From: Macrostomum lignano
Taxonomy: Eukaryota
Length of the DNA: 64,000 nucleotides
Direction of reading: 5' to 3'
Assembly: GCA_002269645.1 (NCBI GenBank)
Contig: NIVC01000343.1
Span: forward strand, 109,218 to 173,217
The position numbers were made by a program, and so were the translations under genes. The stretch's first letter is position 1; the number at the start of each line of letters is the position of its first letter. The notes under the pieces are model-generated. The model was not told the origin of the DNA, did no database searches, and saw nothing but the letters and a program-made list of their open reading frames with translations. This document shows, piece by piece, positions 36,301 through 48,479 of this stretch.

Positions 36301-39300
36301 TTCTAGTCACTCTATTCTATCTAGTTTCAGTTCTAGTCACTCTCTACTATATCTAGTCTCAGTTCTAGTCACTCTATTCTATCTAGTCTCAGTTCTAGTC
36401 ACTCTATTCTATCTAGTCTCAGTTCTAGTCACTCTCTACTATATCTAGTCTCAGTTCTAGTCACTCTCTACTCTATCTAGTCTCAGTTCTAGTCTCTCTC
36501 TACTCTATCTAGTCTCAGTTCTAGTCACTCTCTACTCTATCTGGTCTCAGTTCTAGTCACTCTATTCTATCTAGTCTCAGTTCTAGTCACTCTCTATTCT
36601 ATCTAGTCTCAGTTCTAGTCACTCTCTATTCTATCTAGTCTCAGTTCTAGTCACTCTCTACTCTATCTAGTCTCAGTTCTAGTCACTCTCTATTCTATCT
36701 AGTCTCAGTTCTAGTCACTCTATTCTATCTAGTTTCAGTTCTAGTCACTCTCTACTATATCTAGTCTCAGTTCTAGTCACTCTATTCTATCTAGTCTCAG
36801 TTCTAGTCACTCTATTCTATCTAGTCTCAGTTCTAGTCACTCTCTACTATATCTAGTCTCAGTTCTAGTCACTCTCTACTCTATCTAGTCTCAGTTCTAG
36901 TCTCTCTCTACTCTATCTAGTCTCAGTTCTAGTCACTCTCTACTCTATCTGGTCTCAGTTCTAGTCACTCTCTACTCTATCTGGTCTCATTTTAGTCACT
37001 CTCTATTCTATCTAGTCTCAGTTCTAGTCACTCTCTACTCTATCTAGTCTCAAGCACCACTCTACTCATCACTCTACTCTATCTAGTGTCATTTAGTCAC
37101 TCTCTACTCTATCTGGTCTCATTTTAGTCACTCTCTACTCTATCTAGTCTCAGTTCTAGTCACTCTCTACTCTATCTAGTCTCAGTTCTAATCAGTCTCT
37201 ACTCTATCTAGTCTCAGTTCTAGTCACTCTCTATTCTATCTAGTTTCAGTTCTAGTCACTTTCTACTCTATCTAGTCTCAGTTCTAGTCACCCTCTACTC
37301 TATCTAGTCTCAGTTCTAGTCACTTTCTACTCTATCGAGTCCCGATTCTACATGCTACAGCCACAGTTGAAGCAGTGCCAAGCTACTATACACTATGCTG
37401 TTATGCGATTTAGCACAGCAGTAAGATAATGCGTTGTTTTTCTCAGGCACACCCAAGTTCTTATCGGACTTACAGCAACAGTTTCACTGCCACTTTTTCT
37501 TTCCAAAAGGTAAAAGACTTCATACTCGTAAACGCGTGCTTGGTGAGAAATGCTAAATTATTCACTAATGCTACTAGCTTGCAGAGCGCAGGCCACAGAC
37601 CCCCTACATAGCTGACAGTTTAGATTAGCACAGGAGTGCTAATTTTCTAATGTAAAAATTTACAAAGGCTGCAGCCACTTCTGAAATTGACTCACTAGAC
37701 TCTGCTTGACCCTGAGACCTAAAAAGATCCAGACAAGGTTTAAAAAGCTATGGGTTAACAGTGCCGCAGCTAATAATGCAAGTTTAAACAGAGCCAAACA
37801 TCTTAATAAAAAAGCCTAAAGATACTTTAAAAATCCTAAAACGACAATAAACTGACACAAACAGATCTCCAGAGACCTGAACAAATGTCAAGCGACATAG
37901 AGGCTTAAAGCGATACAGATAGAACTAAAGTGATCCAAATAACATCTAGTGATCTAAACAGCATAAGCAAGCTAACCAGACCTAAAGCAATCTAAACAGA
38001 CCTAAAGAAAGCCAAACAGACCTAAAACAATCTTAACAGACCTAAAGCAAACAAACAAGCTAAGCAGACCTAAAGCAAGCTAAACAGACCTATGAGACCT
38101 AAATAGACCTAAAGCGACCTAAACAGACCTAAAGTAACCTAGACAAACTTAAAGCGACCTAGACAGACTTAAGGCAACCTAAAAAGATCTAAAGCAACCT
38201 AAACCGACCTAAATAGACCTAAAGCAACCTAAATAGACCTAAAGCAACCTAAGCAGATCTAGATCTAAAGCGACCTAATCATACCTAATAGTAAAGCTAA
38301 CCAAACATACTCCCAAGATCCTCAAAAAAGATTCGGCAATAAAGGCCCCACAACAAACCTTAATGCCAAAGGTGAAAATGGTGACAATAATTTTGAATCC
38401 AAAAGCTAGCAGCAGTTTCCACATGGCGCTATAGATTCCCGGTCCGGCGGGCGCGGAGCCGGAGAAATCGTTAGTAGTATTCCGCTTATAGTCGCACAAT
38501 TCGTTAACATCCTCGGGGCCGCACTTGCTAAACAGCAGTTTAATCAGCTGACTAGTGTTCATTCTGGTGTAAGGATTGGGAAACGCTAACAGTGCCGTGA
38601 CGCAGGTGACAGCGAGCACCTCGGCTACGGGGAACTGGCCCAGTCGACCGAACTTCCTCTGCCGGCAGACCCAAACGTTCGCTCGGATAAAAGCAGCGCC
38701 GAACACTCCGCCAACAATGCCTAGCAAGATGAATGGGCCAATTTCTAGTACGGACCAGGTTGAGTTGTACTCAATGTAGAACAGCACCAGGTGATCGTTG
38801 CCAAACGGATTAACTAGCTTCAGCACCGAAGCTGCAACCATGCTGCAAAAGAAGCTGCGCCACAGAGTCTTCAATGGGAAATAGTAGCTGGCCTCTTCAA
38901 GGCTGAACAGCACGCCGCCAAGCGGAGCGCCGAATGCGATGCTGACGCCGGCGGCAGCGGCGGCCGATAGAACCTCCCGTTTCTTGGCCTCATTGCGGCC
39001 GTACTTAGGAAACAGGTGAGCGATGATGTTGCCGCAGCAAGAGGCCATGTGAACCATTGGGCCCTCCTTGCCCAGACTGAGGCCTGAGGATACCGACAGC
39101 ATGATGCCAACAGATTTTATCAGCAGAGTCCATTTGCCCAGGTAGCCGCGAATGATAAAACCGGATAGGATGGTTTTGATCTCCGGGATGCCCGAGCCGC
39201 AGGCGTACGGGGCGAACATGCGGACCAGCATGGCTGCCAGCAGGGCGAACAGCAGCGACCAGAACACGTACAAGACGTAGCGCAAGATGTAGGCGCCGGC

Positions 39301-39435
39301 GTCTTTGTTCTTGTTGCCCACCAGCTCCGCCCAGGTGTACCACTGCATTGCCGAGCCGGGTGAGAGGCTTGCTTTGTACATTAAAATAACACTGGGGATT
39401 GACAGATACTAACACATGCAGATATAGGCAGAGAT

Positions 39436-39494
<59 letters not shown>

Positions 39495-39509
39495 CAGACA
39501 GACAGACAC

Positions 39510-39544
<35 letters not shown>

Positions 39545-41974
39545 CTAAGACAGACACTAAGACAGACAGCAGAGACAGACACTAAGACAGACAGACACTA
39601 AGACAGACAGACAGACAGGCAGGCAGGCAGACAGACAGGCAAAGCTGAAGAAGCGGCCACTCACCTGAGCACAAGCTTGCTCATCATCGAAGCCGGTATC
39701 GTTGGCTGACCAGCAGCACTGCTCTTTATTAAACCAGAATGCTTCAACGCAGATGCCGCTGCGCAGGTCAGACATCCAGTTGGTGCCGATGTCCACAACA
39801 CCGGCAACTAGACCTGGCCATTGTGTATCATGAATGCAATGGTATTAAAATGAAGGATATTAGTAGCAGTCGCTGATCAATTCCAGGCACTGCACTCACC
39901 CGCCGCAACCGCAATTAGGCCGACGCACAGCCAGCCGGAAACGCTGTCAAAGGCGGCGGCCAGTCGGCCCCGATAGTTCACCCGGCGTCGACGTTGAACT
40001 TCACGATTCCGACGCCGATGCCTGCCAATGTCGCGCAGCCAATCGATGGTGTCGAAGTCGGCGTATTGATGCTCGGCGCCATCTTGGCCGCCGGTCAGGT
40101 CCACATCAGCGACACCGACAGTGACTGTGGAGCCTGCATGGCCAATACGATAGTATCGTTAGAGATGTATCACAATACACACGCTAGATGCAAAAGCACA
40201 AGCGAGTCTTATAAAAACTTAAAAGCTGAAGGTTGGAATTGAAAGACGGATTGTTAAATGACTGGATGAAGAACCGGAAGGAGGCTGCAGATAGCTGAAG
40301 GTCCGGAAGGAGGCTGCAGACAGCTGAAGGTCCGAAAGGAGGCTGCAGACAGCTGAAGAATTGGAAGGAGGCTGCAGACAGCTGAAGAATTGGAAGGAGG
40401 CTGCAGACAGCTGAAGGTCCGGAAGGAGGCTGCAGACAGATGAATAACCGGAAGGAGGCTGCAGACAGCTGAAGAATTGGAAGGAGGCTGCAGACAGCTG
40501 AAGAATCGGAAGGAGGCTGCAGACAGCTGAAGGACCGGAAGGAGGCTGCAGACAGCTGAAGGACCGGAAGGAGGCTGCAGACAGCTGAAGAATTGGAAGG
40601 AGGCTGCAGACAGCTGAAGAATTGGAAGGAGGCTGCAGACAGCTGAAGGTCCGAAAGGAGGCTGCAGACAGCTGAAGAATTGGAAGGAGGCTGCAGACAG
40701 CTGAAGAATTGGAAGGAGGCTGCAGACAGCTGAAGGTCCGGAAGGAGGCTGCAGACAGATGAATAACCGGAAGGAGGCTGCAGACAGCTGAAGAATTGGA
40801 AGGAGGCTGCAGACAGCTGAAGAATTGGAAAAGGCTGCAGGCAGCCGAAGGACCGGAAGGAGGCTGCAGACAGCTGAAGGACCGGAAGGAGGCTGCAGAC
40901 AGCCGAAGGACCGGAAGGAGGCTGCAGACAGCTGAAGGACCGGAAGGAGGCTGCAGACAGCTGAAGGACCGGAAGGAGGCTGCAGACAGCCGAAGGACCG
41001 GAAGGAGGCTGCAGACAGCTGAAGGACCGGAAGGAGGCTGCAGACAGCTGAAGAATTGGAAGGAGGCTGCAGACAGCTGAAGGTCCGAAAGGAGGCTGCA
41101 GACAGCTGAAGGACCGGAAGGAGGCTGCAGACAGCTGAAGGACCGGAAGGAGGCTGCAGACAGCCGAAGGACCGGAAGTAGCGGCCGGATCGACTTTAGC
41201 AAAAAGAGAAACAAACAGAGCTCAATAAATAGCTGCCATGGACCCCTACCGCGCGAGTCCAACCGACCAAGCGATTTAAAGTTAAATGAAAACAGATCGT
41301 CCGGTCCATCTACTTCGACGTCGTTGTCCTTGAACGGATTGGCTAATTGCTCTTCGGCCTCGTCAGCATTATTGATTTCGGCTAGCGACATTTCTAGCTT
41401 GTATATAGTTCAGTCAGTCAGACTGCTAATCTCAGTCGATCTAATTTATAAACCGCGAGCACACTGCTGTGCCTCAGTCCTCAATAATATATTTGCTAGT
41501 ATCAGCTGGTACAAAGAGTACATACTTTATCTTTGCCCCTCACTTTCTTCTGCAGTTTGTAGGCGACATTGGTCGCATTAGTTAAACAGGAGAAGAGAAC
41601 CAACACTGTCGCAGTTCGGCAAGGTACGTACAAAGTGTGCACGTACACAGCGATAGTGTATCTTATATTAAAAAAGTGGACAAGCTAAAATAGTGTACAG
41701 ATGTATATACTCTACTAAGAGTAGAAATATCTGCTTTTTACGATCCTCTAACGCAAAATAAAAACCAATTAAAAGCAAGCTCACGCTGCTGTTGACTCTT
41801 TCTCTGCCGCATCGGAAGTGATGTACCGCCGCCCCAGAACTGGCCAACACTTTCGCCATTGTTCACTAGCGCGTCAGTTTCAATTGCTTCAAGCTCGTCG
41901 TCAGATTCGATTGCGGCAGCCCAATCAGCGCCGCTGCCAACGATAAATGACGAAGTAGTAGCTGGCGACGTCAT
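30337..41974 (-). CDS. CLCN3: CLC-3/4/5-like endosomal 2Cl-/H+ exchanger, about 868 aa, 8 coding exons
   Basis: Exons 41974-41785, 41393-41250, 40133-39900, 39813-39665, 39342-38359, 35239-34654, 32988-32855, 30522-30337. All GT-AG, phase-consistent, total 2607 nt. Motifs: DFDTIDW, GSGIPE, GKEGP (gating Glu), LFSLEE (proton Glu), GLFIP, and two CBS domains. Confidence 0.95.
30575..32805. repeat. 16-bp minisatellite (ctagtttgtgaartrt), CLC intron 7
   Basis: Direct inspection. Confidence 0.97.
33095..34600. repeat. 35-bp minisatellite (ccattgtctgactccacaaccatagacacaatmtg), CLC intron 6
   Basis: 35-aa periodicity in the three-frame translation equals 3 x 35 nt. Confidence 0.97.
35380..37340. 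repeat. 30/32-bp minisatellite (ctagtctcagttctagtcactctctactctat), CLC intron 5
   Basis: Direct inspection. Confidence 0.97.
37950..38290. repeat. Degenerate about 20-bp repeat (acctaaagcaacctaaacag), CLC intron 5
   Basis: Direct inspection. Confidence 0.8.
39432..39640. repeat. (GACA)n microsatellite, CLC intron 4
   Basis: Direct inspection. Confidence 0.95.
40270..41180. repeat. 29-bp minisatellite (gaaggaggctgcagacagctgaag plus aattg/gaccg/gtccg), CLC intron 2
   Basis: Direct inspection. Confidence 0.95.
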
Positions 41975-42094
41975 TCAGCCAATGCTGACGGAGCCTCTGG
42001 CTGTTGGCAGCGCTTGCGGTACAGCAAGTTGCAGTTGTGCACTTTTATGAAATTTTTTAACACTAGTACCATCTGTCACCTCAGTAAGAAACCA

Positions 42095-43510
42095 CCTCCT
42101 ACCAGAGACTTAATTGAGGCGCCACCTCCCATCAGTCAATTGAGTGAGGCGCCACCTCCCATCAGTCAATTGAGTGAGGCGCCACCTCCCATCAGTCCCT
42201 TTAATGAGGCGCCACCTCCCATCAGTCCCTTTAATGAGGCGCCACCTCCCATCAGTCCCTTTAATGAGGCGCCACCTCCCATCAGTCCCTTTAATAAGGC
42301 GCCACCTGCCATGAGTCACTTCAATGAGGCGCCACCTCCCATCAGTAACTTCAGGAAAGCGCCACCTGTCATGAGTCACTTCAATGAGGCGCCACCTCCC
42401 ATGAGTCACTTCAATGAGGCGCCACCTCCCATCAGTAACTTCAGTGAGGCGCCACCTCCCATCAGTAACTTCAGTGAGGCGCCACCTCCCATCAGTAACT
42501 TCAGTGAGGCGCTACCTCCTACCAGAGACTTCAGTGAGGCGCCACCTCCTACCAGAGACTTCAGTGAGGCGCCACCTCCTACCAGAGACTTCAGTAAGGC
42601 GCCACCTCCCATCAGTAACTTCAGTGAGGCGCCACCTCCTACCAGAGACTTCAGTGAGGCGCCACTTCCTACCAGAGACTTCAGTGAGGCGCCACCTTCT
42701 ACCAGAGACTTCAGTGAGGCGCCACCTCCCATCAGTAACTTCAGTGAGGCGCCACCTCCCATCAGTAACTTCAGTGAGGCGCTACCTCCTACCAGAGACT
42801 TCAGTGAGGCGCCACCTCCTACCAGAGACTTCAGTGAGGCGCCACCTCCTACCAGAGACTTCAGTAAGGCGCCACCTCCCATCAGTAACTTCAGTGAGGC
42901 GCCACCTCCTACCAGAGACTTCAGTGAGGCGCCACTTCCTACCAGAGACTTCAGTGAGGCGCCACCTTCTACCAGAGACTTCAGTGAGGCGCCACCTCCT
43001 ACCAGAGACTTCAGTGAGGCGCCACCTCCTACCAGAGACTTCAGTGAGGCGCCACCTTCTACCAGAGACTTCAGTGAAGCACCACCTCCTACCAGAGACT
43101 TCAGTGAGGCGCCACCTCCTACCAGAGACTTCAGTGAGGCGCCACCTCCCATCAGTAACTTCAGTGAGGCGCCACCTAAGAGACTTCAGTGTGGCGCCAC
43201 CTCCTACCAGAGACTTCAGTGAGCCGCCACCTCCTACCAGAGACTTCAGTGAGGCGCCACCTTCTACCAGAGACTTCAGTGAGGCGCCACCTCCTACCAG
43301 AGACTTCACTGAGGCGCCACCTCCTACCAGAGACTTCAGTGAGGCGCCACCTCCTACCAGAGACTTCAGTGAGGCGCCACCTCCTACCAGAGACTTCACT
43401 GAGGCGCCACCTCCTACCAGAGACTTTAGTGAGGCGCCACCTCCTACCAGAGACTTCACTGAGGCGCCACCTCCTACCAGAGACTTCAGTGAGGCGCCAC
43501 CTCCTAACTT
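42095..43510. repeat. 30-bp minisatellite (gaggcgccacctcctaccagagacttcagt) between PCGF3 and CLC
   Basis: Direct inspection; one frame slip near 43175. Confidence 0.95.
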
Positions 43511-45161
43511 GCCGGTAAAGACAGCTAAAATACCCAAAGAGCTAAAAAAATAAAAGGCCAGTAGACGAGAAGCATACAACAAACACTGAATGTAATCATT
43601 TATTTACTATATAGTTAACAATTACAATCATGTCTAACGGCTCTTGTCTATATACAATATAGGTAAAAACAGGATTACATGCAATTGTTAATAAGAATTA
43701 GCATTCAATAAATAAAAAAGACAAATGGGTTAACTAAAATTCCAATAATAATTGTCTACAGACTATGAGACACACGGAATTAAAAAATTGAGTAAAAATG
43801 AAATGAATTTTATTGATACAAGCAGTCGGTACACACTAAGCGAACAAGGAAAATAATCAAGATGCTAAGTGTTCTATCTATGTGCTCATATTTATAGAAA
43901 CAGAACTTGAAAGTACACAATTTACACACAGCAAGCTGACGAGATTTGCTATTTGAAACTAGACATTATGATGAAGAAGCAAAGCTATGAGCATTAAAAA
44001 AGCAAAAGAAAAACAATGCTACTGGCCGCTTGCTCAATATAGCTTTTTTCATTTAATAATTCAAGCATTCATTTTTAGATACTGCTAAACCTATTCCATC
44101 AATGTTTCTACTTTCCTCTATGGTCAAAACACAGTCTATGGCACAGAGCACAGGGCAGCTAAATTCAGAAGTCATGCCCACCAAGCAAATAGAGCTGCAG
44201 AGTCCACTACATGCCAATCATCTAAAGGATTGGCGTTCCCATGGTAACTACAGAGAATCACTGAGTCAGGCATGGTTACCAATCACGGTTGAGCACACAT
44301 GCGGTTTGACAGTTTAGTCACAGTTTCAGTTGCAGACTTGTTTGCTATGTGCATCACAAAATACAACATCTTTATCTAATGGTTCCGGTTCTTCAACTGC
44401 TCAATGTCTGAGATTCAATGCTCTGGCCATATACAGTTTTGGTCATAGACAATCGTCGAAGCACTAGATGAATATACCAATACCATAGACCAGGGGTCGG
44501 CCCGCTCAGGGTTTGTCTCTTCTCCCTGCTCTTCTCTCTTCTTACTTCTCCTTTTGTCTCCTCACTTTTTTAGTCTCGCCTCGCCTGTGGCCCCTCGCCT
44601 CTCCTTTCTGCATCTCTCTTCTCTCATCTCTATTCTCTCTCCTCTCTGCCCTAGGGTCAGTCAGGTGTATTCACTGTTAACACAGCTTGTTGTTACTGTT
44701 CTAATCGACTTCTAACAGCCGATTTTAAATATAAACCTGCTGTCTATGGTTCAATATACTATTAATAACGAGGAACCAAAAAAGCAACAAAAATGCCAGA
44801 AGAATAAAAAAAACGCAGAACTCACAATAATAAGCGCCGTCGCTGATAATGATAATTTTATAACGATATTTTTACGACTGCAGGGAAAGACTTCAACAAC
44901 AATAAATTACTAAGCATTTAGTTGATAGAGAAGAAAGCAAGCAAGCAAACAATTAACAGCAAGTTTAACAAGCTGAAACATTTTAAATAATTAATTCATA
45001 CAGGCAATCAATAAGTTTACCATATCATATGGTGAATAGTAAATTTAGCATTAATAGTATATAGGATATAAGTACAAAACTATTGTGCATGACTACATAG
45101 GACAAATAATAAAGCATAATTTTTGGCACATTCGCTCGCACTTTACTACTTAATTAGCCGA

Positions 45162-48100
45162 TCAGAACTGCAACTTCATGCAATAATGCAACGTCAATGG
45201 CTGCGGCCGAGACGACCTAGTGATTATAACAAATTTCAGCGAATGATCCTTCCCTAGCAACTGATTGTCGCAGGTGATGTCAATCTCTTTAAATCGGCTG
45301 GCATCTTCGAATACTTGCATTGCTATGTACTTTTTCACGTGGGTGACAGTTGCCAGGGTTGATAAGCGGACGAACATGCGATCGATCTGTTTCAGCTCGG
45401 GCTCGGCTGTTACTAGGCGTAGGCTCACCTGCAGTTAGAAACAATATTCTCTGCCTGCTGTATTCTAAGGGAAATTAGGGATGAGAACCCATTTGGGTTT
45501 AAATAGGATTCTTTAAGGGATTAGAACTTGATTGTCGGATTAAAGCTAGTAGGATTAAAGAAGGATTAAAGGGAAATTTGCATTAGGATTAAAGGGGAAT
45601 TCACAGTAGGATTAAATGGGAATTTATATTAGGATTGAAGGAGAATTCACAGTAGGATTAAAGGGGAATTCACAGTAGGATTAAAGGGGAATTTACAGTA
45701 GGATTAAAGGGGAATTCACAGTAGGATTAAAGGGGAATTTACAGTAGGATTAAATGGGAATTCCCAGTAGGATTAAAGGGGAATTCTCAGTAGGATTAAA
45801 TGGGAATTCACAGTAGGATTAAATGGGAATTCACAGTAGGATTAAAGGGGAATTTACAGTAGGATAAAAGAGGAATTCACAGTAGGATTAAATGGGAATT
45901 CACAGTAGGATTAAATGGGAATTCCCAGTAGGATTAAAGGGGAATTCTCAGTAGGATTAAATGGGAATTCACAGTAGGATTGAAGGGGAATTCACAGTAG
46001 GATTGAAGGGGAATTCACAGTAGGATTAAATGGGAATTCACAGTAGGATTGAAGGGGAATTCACAGTAGGATTAAAGGGGCATTTACGGTAGGATTAAAT
46101 GGGAATTCCCAGTAGGATTAAAGGGGAATTCACAGTAGGATAAAAGAGGAATTCACAGTAGGATTAAAGGGGAATTCGCAGTAGGATAAAAGAGGAATTC
46201 ACAGTAGGAATGTAGGATTAAAGGGGAATTCACAGTAGGATTAAAGGGGAATTCGCAGTAGAATTGAATGGATATTTACTGTGGGATAAAGGATTCTCTG
46301 TAGGATGTCTATTATCTATCTTAGGAGATTCTTCGAGAAATGGGAATACGATTTATTGGAAAAACATTTAGAGTCAAGCAGACACTCTTACCTGCTCGCC
46401 GCCTCTATGATAATTGTTGGCAGCCTCGCTGGTGATGCCTGGCCGATGCCGCGAATCGGCGTCGTCAACGCCGCTGTCTCCGTTGCTATGGTTACCGACG
46501 CGTTGATAGCCAGCGGAAGAAGTCGACGCTGCACCGCAGGCTGCGGCATTCGACGAAGCCGCAGTGGCGCCGCCAGCAGTATGGAATTTCTCTGTCGCAC
46601 TGTCCTCGCGATTCGGCGGTTCGAGTCCCCGACGACGGTAGAACTTCTCTTCCCGTTCGCGCTCCCGCTGCAGGAGGTTCGGTACCAGCTTGTACACCAC
46701 GTCTTGTAGGGTGCGGTCCAAGCTGCGGGCGGCGGGGGTGTGAAAACAGCACTCAACCAGGGAAGCCTCTATGGTCGCTGCGCTCTCCAGGAAGGGACAC
46801 TCACCCGCCCCACCCCACTCCGCTATACAAGTTTAGGGGAAATCGATTTCTCGCTAGAGCAGTTTGTACGCGAACTTTTGTAACACCTCTCGTATCTCAT
46901 AGCTTACTAACTGGAAAAAGAATATCTACACAGCCGGAGCTTCTGGAAAATGGATCTCTGCAATTCCCCGAAAGTGGACAGCAGCAGAGTTGGAGAAGTT
47001 GCGCTGCGATCCAAAGCACAACTACCGGATCTGCTTGCTGCATTTTTCGGAAAGGTTCTTTGTAACAAACTCTCAGGACTCCAACTCCATCCGTAAGCGC
47101 TCCGGCATTTGCAGATGCAGATGGACAAGCAAAGAAGCTGAAAAATCAACGGTTGGTTCACTTCTGATGCCGTACCCAGCATCTTTCCAAACGCGCCATT
47201 CTACTTCATCGAAACTGTTCCTGAGAAGCGACCTACCACAATGACATCTGCTCAGACTCGGCGAGAGAGTGTCATGCGTCGCTGCGATGATGAGGCACAA
47301 ACATTTTGAAGTCAAAACTATCTGAGAAATGAGCTATAGCTCTGATGTATACTCGTAGTAGACTTTGCTTTTGTTTTATAGTCATACAAAGTGCTATTTG
47401 TATACAGCTTGCCCCAGCAATTTTCAGTTAATTTCACTCTCTTTTGCTTAACTATCACCTAAGGGTAACCATTTCATTTTTTATTTCATATGTTTGCATG
47501 GCCAGAAGGGTTGTAAGGTATTTTTCTCGCACTAACAAAACGGAAGTTTTTTGAATAATACAACTTAACCTTTTTGGAGACCTTAAGTTCTGAATGTTTT
47601 GCGTTGAATAGTGCAAACCACATCTTTCTGACTTTTAGTAAAAAGTTATCAATCATAGAAATGAAAAAACGTTGCATTTTCCTATTCATTCACTGCTTTC
47701 CAATTGGGTTTTTACTCCTAAACTTGTATGCTGCCTAAACTAGTGTCCCTTCCTGGGGAGCGCAGCGACCATAGAGGCTTCCCTGACTCAACCCTCTAGA
47801 TACTCGATGGACTGCTTCTGTACAACCCGATATTTGAGGCCTGCTGTACACCTAGATATTCAATAAACTGCCGCTATACACCTTCCATGTGTTCAATAGA
47901 CAGTTGTACACCTTTTAGATGTTCACAAGAGACTGTTACTGTACACCTTATAGATATTCAAGAGACTGCTACTGTACAACTAGATATTCAAGGGACTGTT
48001 ATTGTACACCTAGATATTCAACAGATGGTGGTCTACACCTACATGACGTAATATTTTCAAGAGATTGATGCCGCTGCCCACTTACAAACTGACATGAACA

Positions 48101-48479
48101 TTTCTATCCCCTACACATAAACGCTTTACCGCCTAACTTAGTTGCATACCTGATGTAGTGCAGCGGATGACTGTGATGAATCAGTATGCCACAATCTGGA
48201 CAGGTGTTCTTTGTCTCCAAATATTTTACAATGCAAGACTTGCAAACTGAAATGATTTAAATAGGTTTAATAAATTTGTCAAGCATGACTAATTAGTAAA
48301 ATTCTACACAGGAAAAATAGAAAGTACATAAGCTCACATGTATGCAGACACTCAGTTACAGTAGCCGCTTCAATTAGATAGCCTTTGCACAATTTGCAAG
48401 TAATCAAATGGTTCAAGCTTTTCAGCTTCACCCGCTTGTTCTTGGCAGTTTGGCCCGGGTTTTGACCTTTTCTCTTCAT
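45162..48479 (-). CDS. PCGF3: Polycomb group RING finger protein, PCGF3/5-like (RING plus RAWUL), 278 aa
   Basis: Exons 48479-48338, 48246-48150, 46722-46392, 45428-45162, total 837 nt, phase-consistent. Sequence: ITCKLCKGYLIEAATVTECLHT|FCKSCIVKYLE..TCPDC..IHHSHPLHYI|SLDRTLQDVVYKLVP, with RAWUL ATVTHVKKYI..LLGKDHSLKFV. Confidence 0.92.
45540..46300. repeat. 23-bp minisatellite (gtaggattaaaggggaattcaca), PCGF3 intron 3
   Basis: Direct inspection. Confidence 0.95.
46758..47785. mobile_element. Non-autonomous TIR element (P-like, CAGGG ends) in PCGF3 intron 2
   Basis: About 44-bp terminal inverted repeat (TIR) cagggaagcctctatggtcgctgcgctctccaggaagggacact, with one mismatch in the right copy. 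Flanking duplication actcaac(c), 7-8 bp, at 46751 and 47786. Confidence 0.8.
47820..48060. repeat. Degenerate about 30-bp repeat (ctgtacacctagatattcaa..), PCGF3 intron 2
   Basis: Direct inspection. Confidence 0.7.

Noticed and set aside
42014-43582. 402-aa extensin/mucin-like ORF (EAPPPTRDFS)n and overlapping ORFs
   Set aside because: A 30-nt stop-free unit opens long frames on both strands. There is no signal peptide or unique domain, and a frame slip occurs near 43175.
44484-44750. ccatagac..gtctatgg inverted ends (similar ctatgg..ccatag at 16070-16218)
   Set aside because: Only 6-8 bp of symmetry and no TSD; not enough to call an element.
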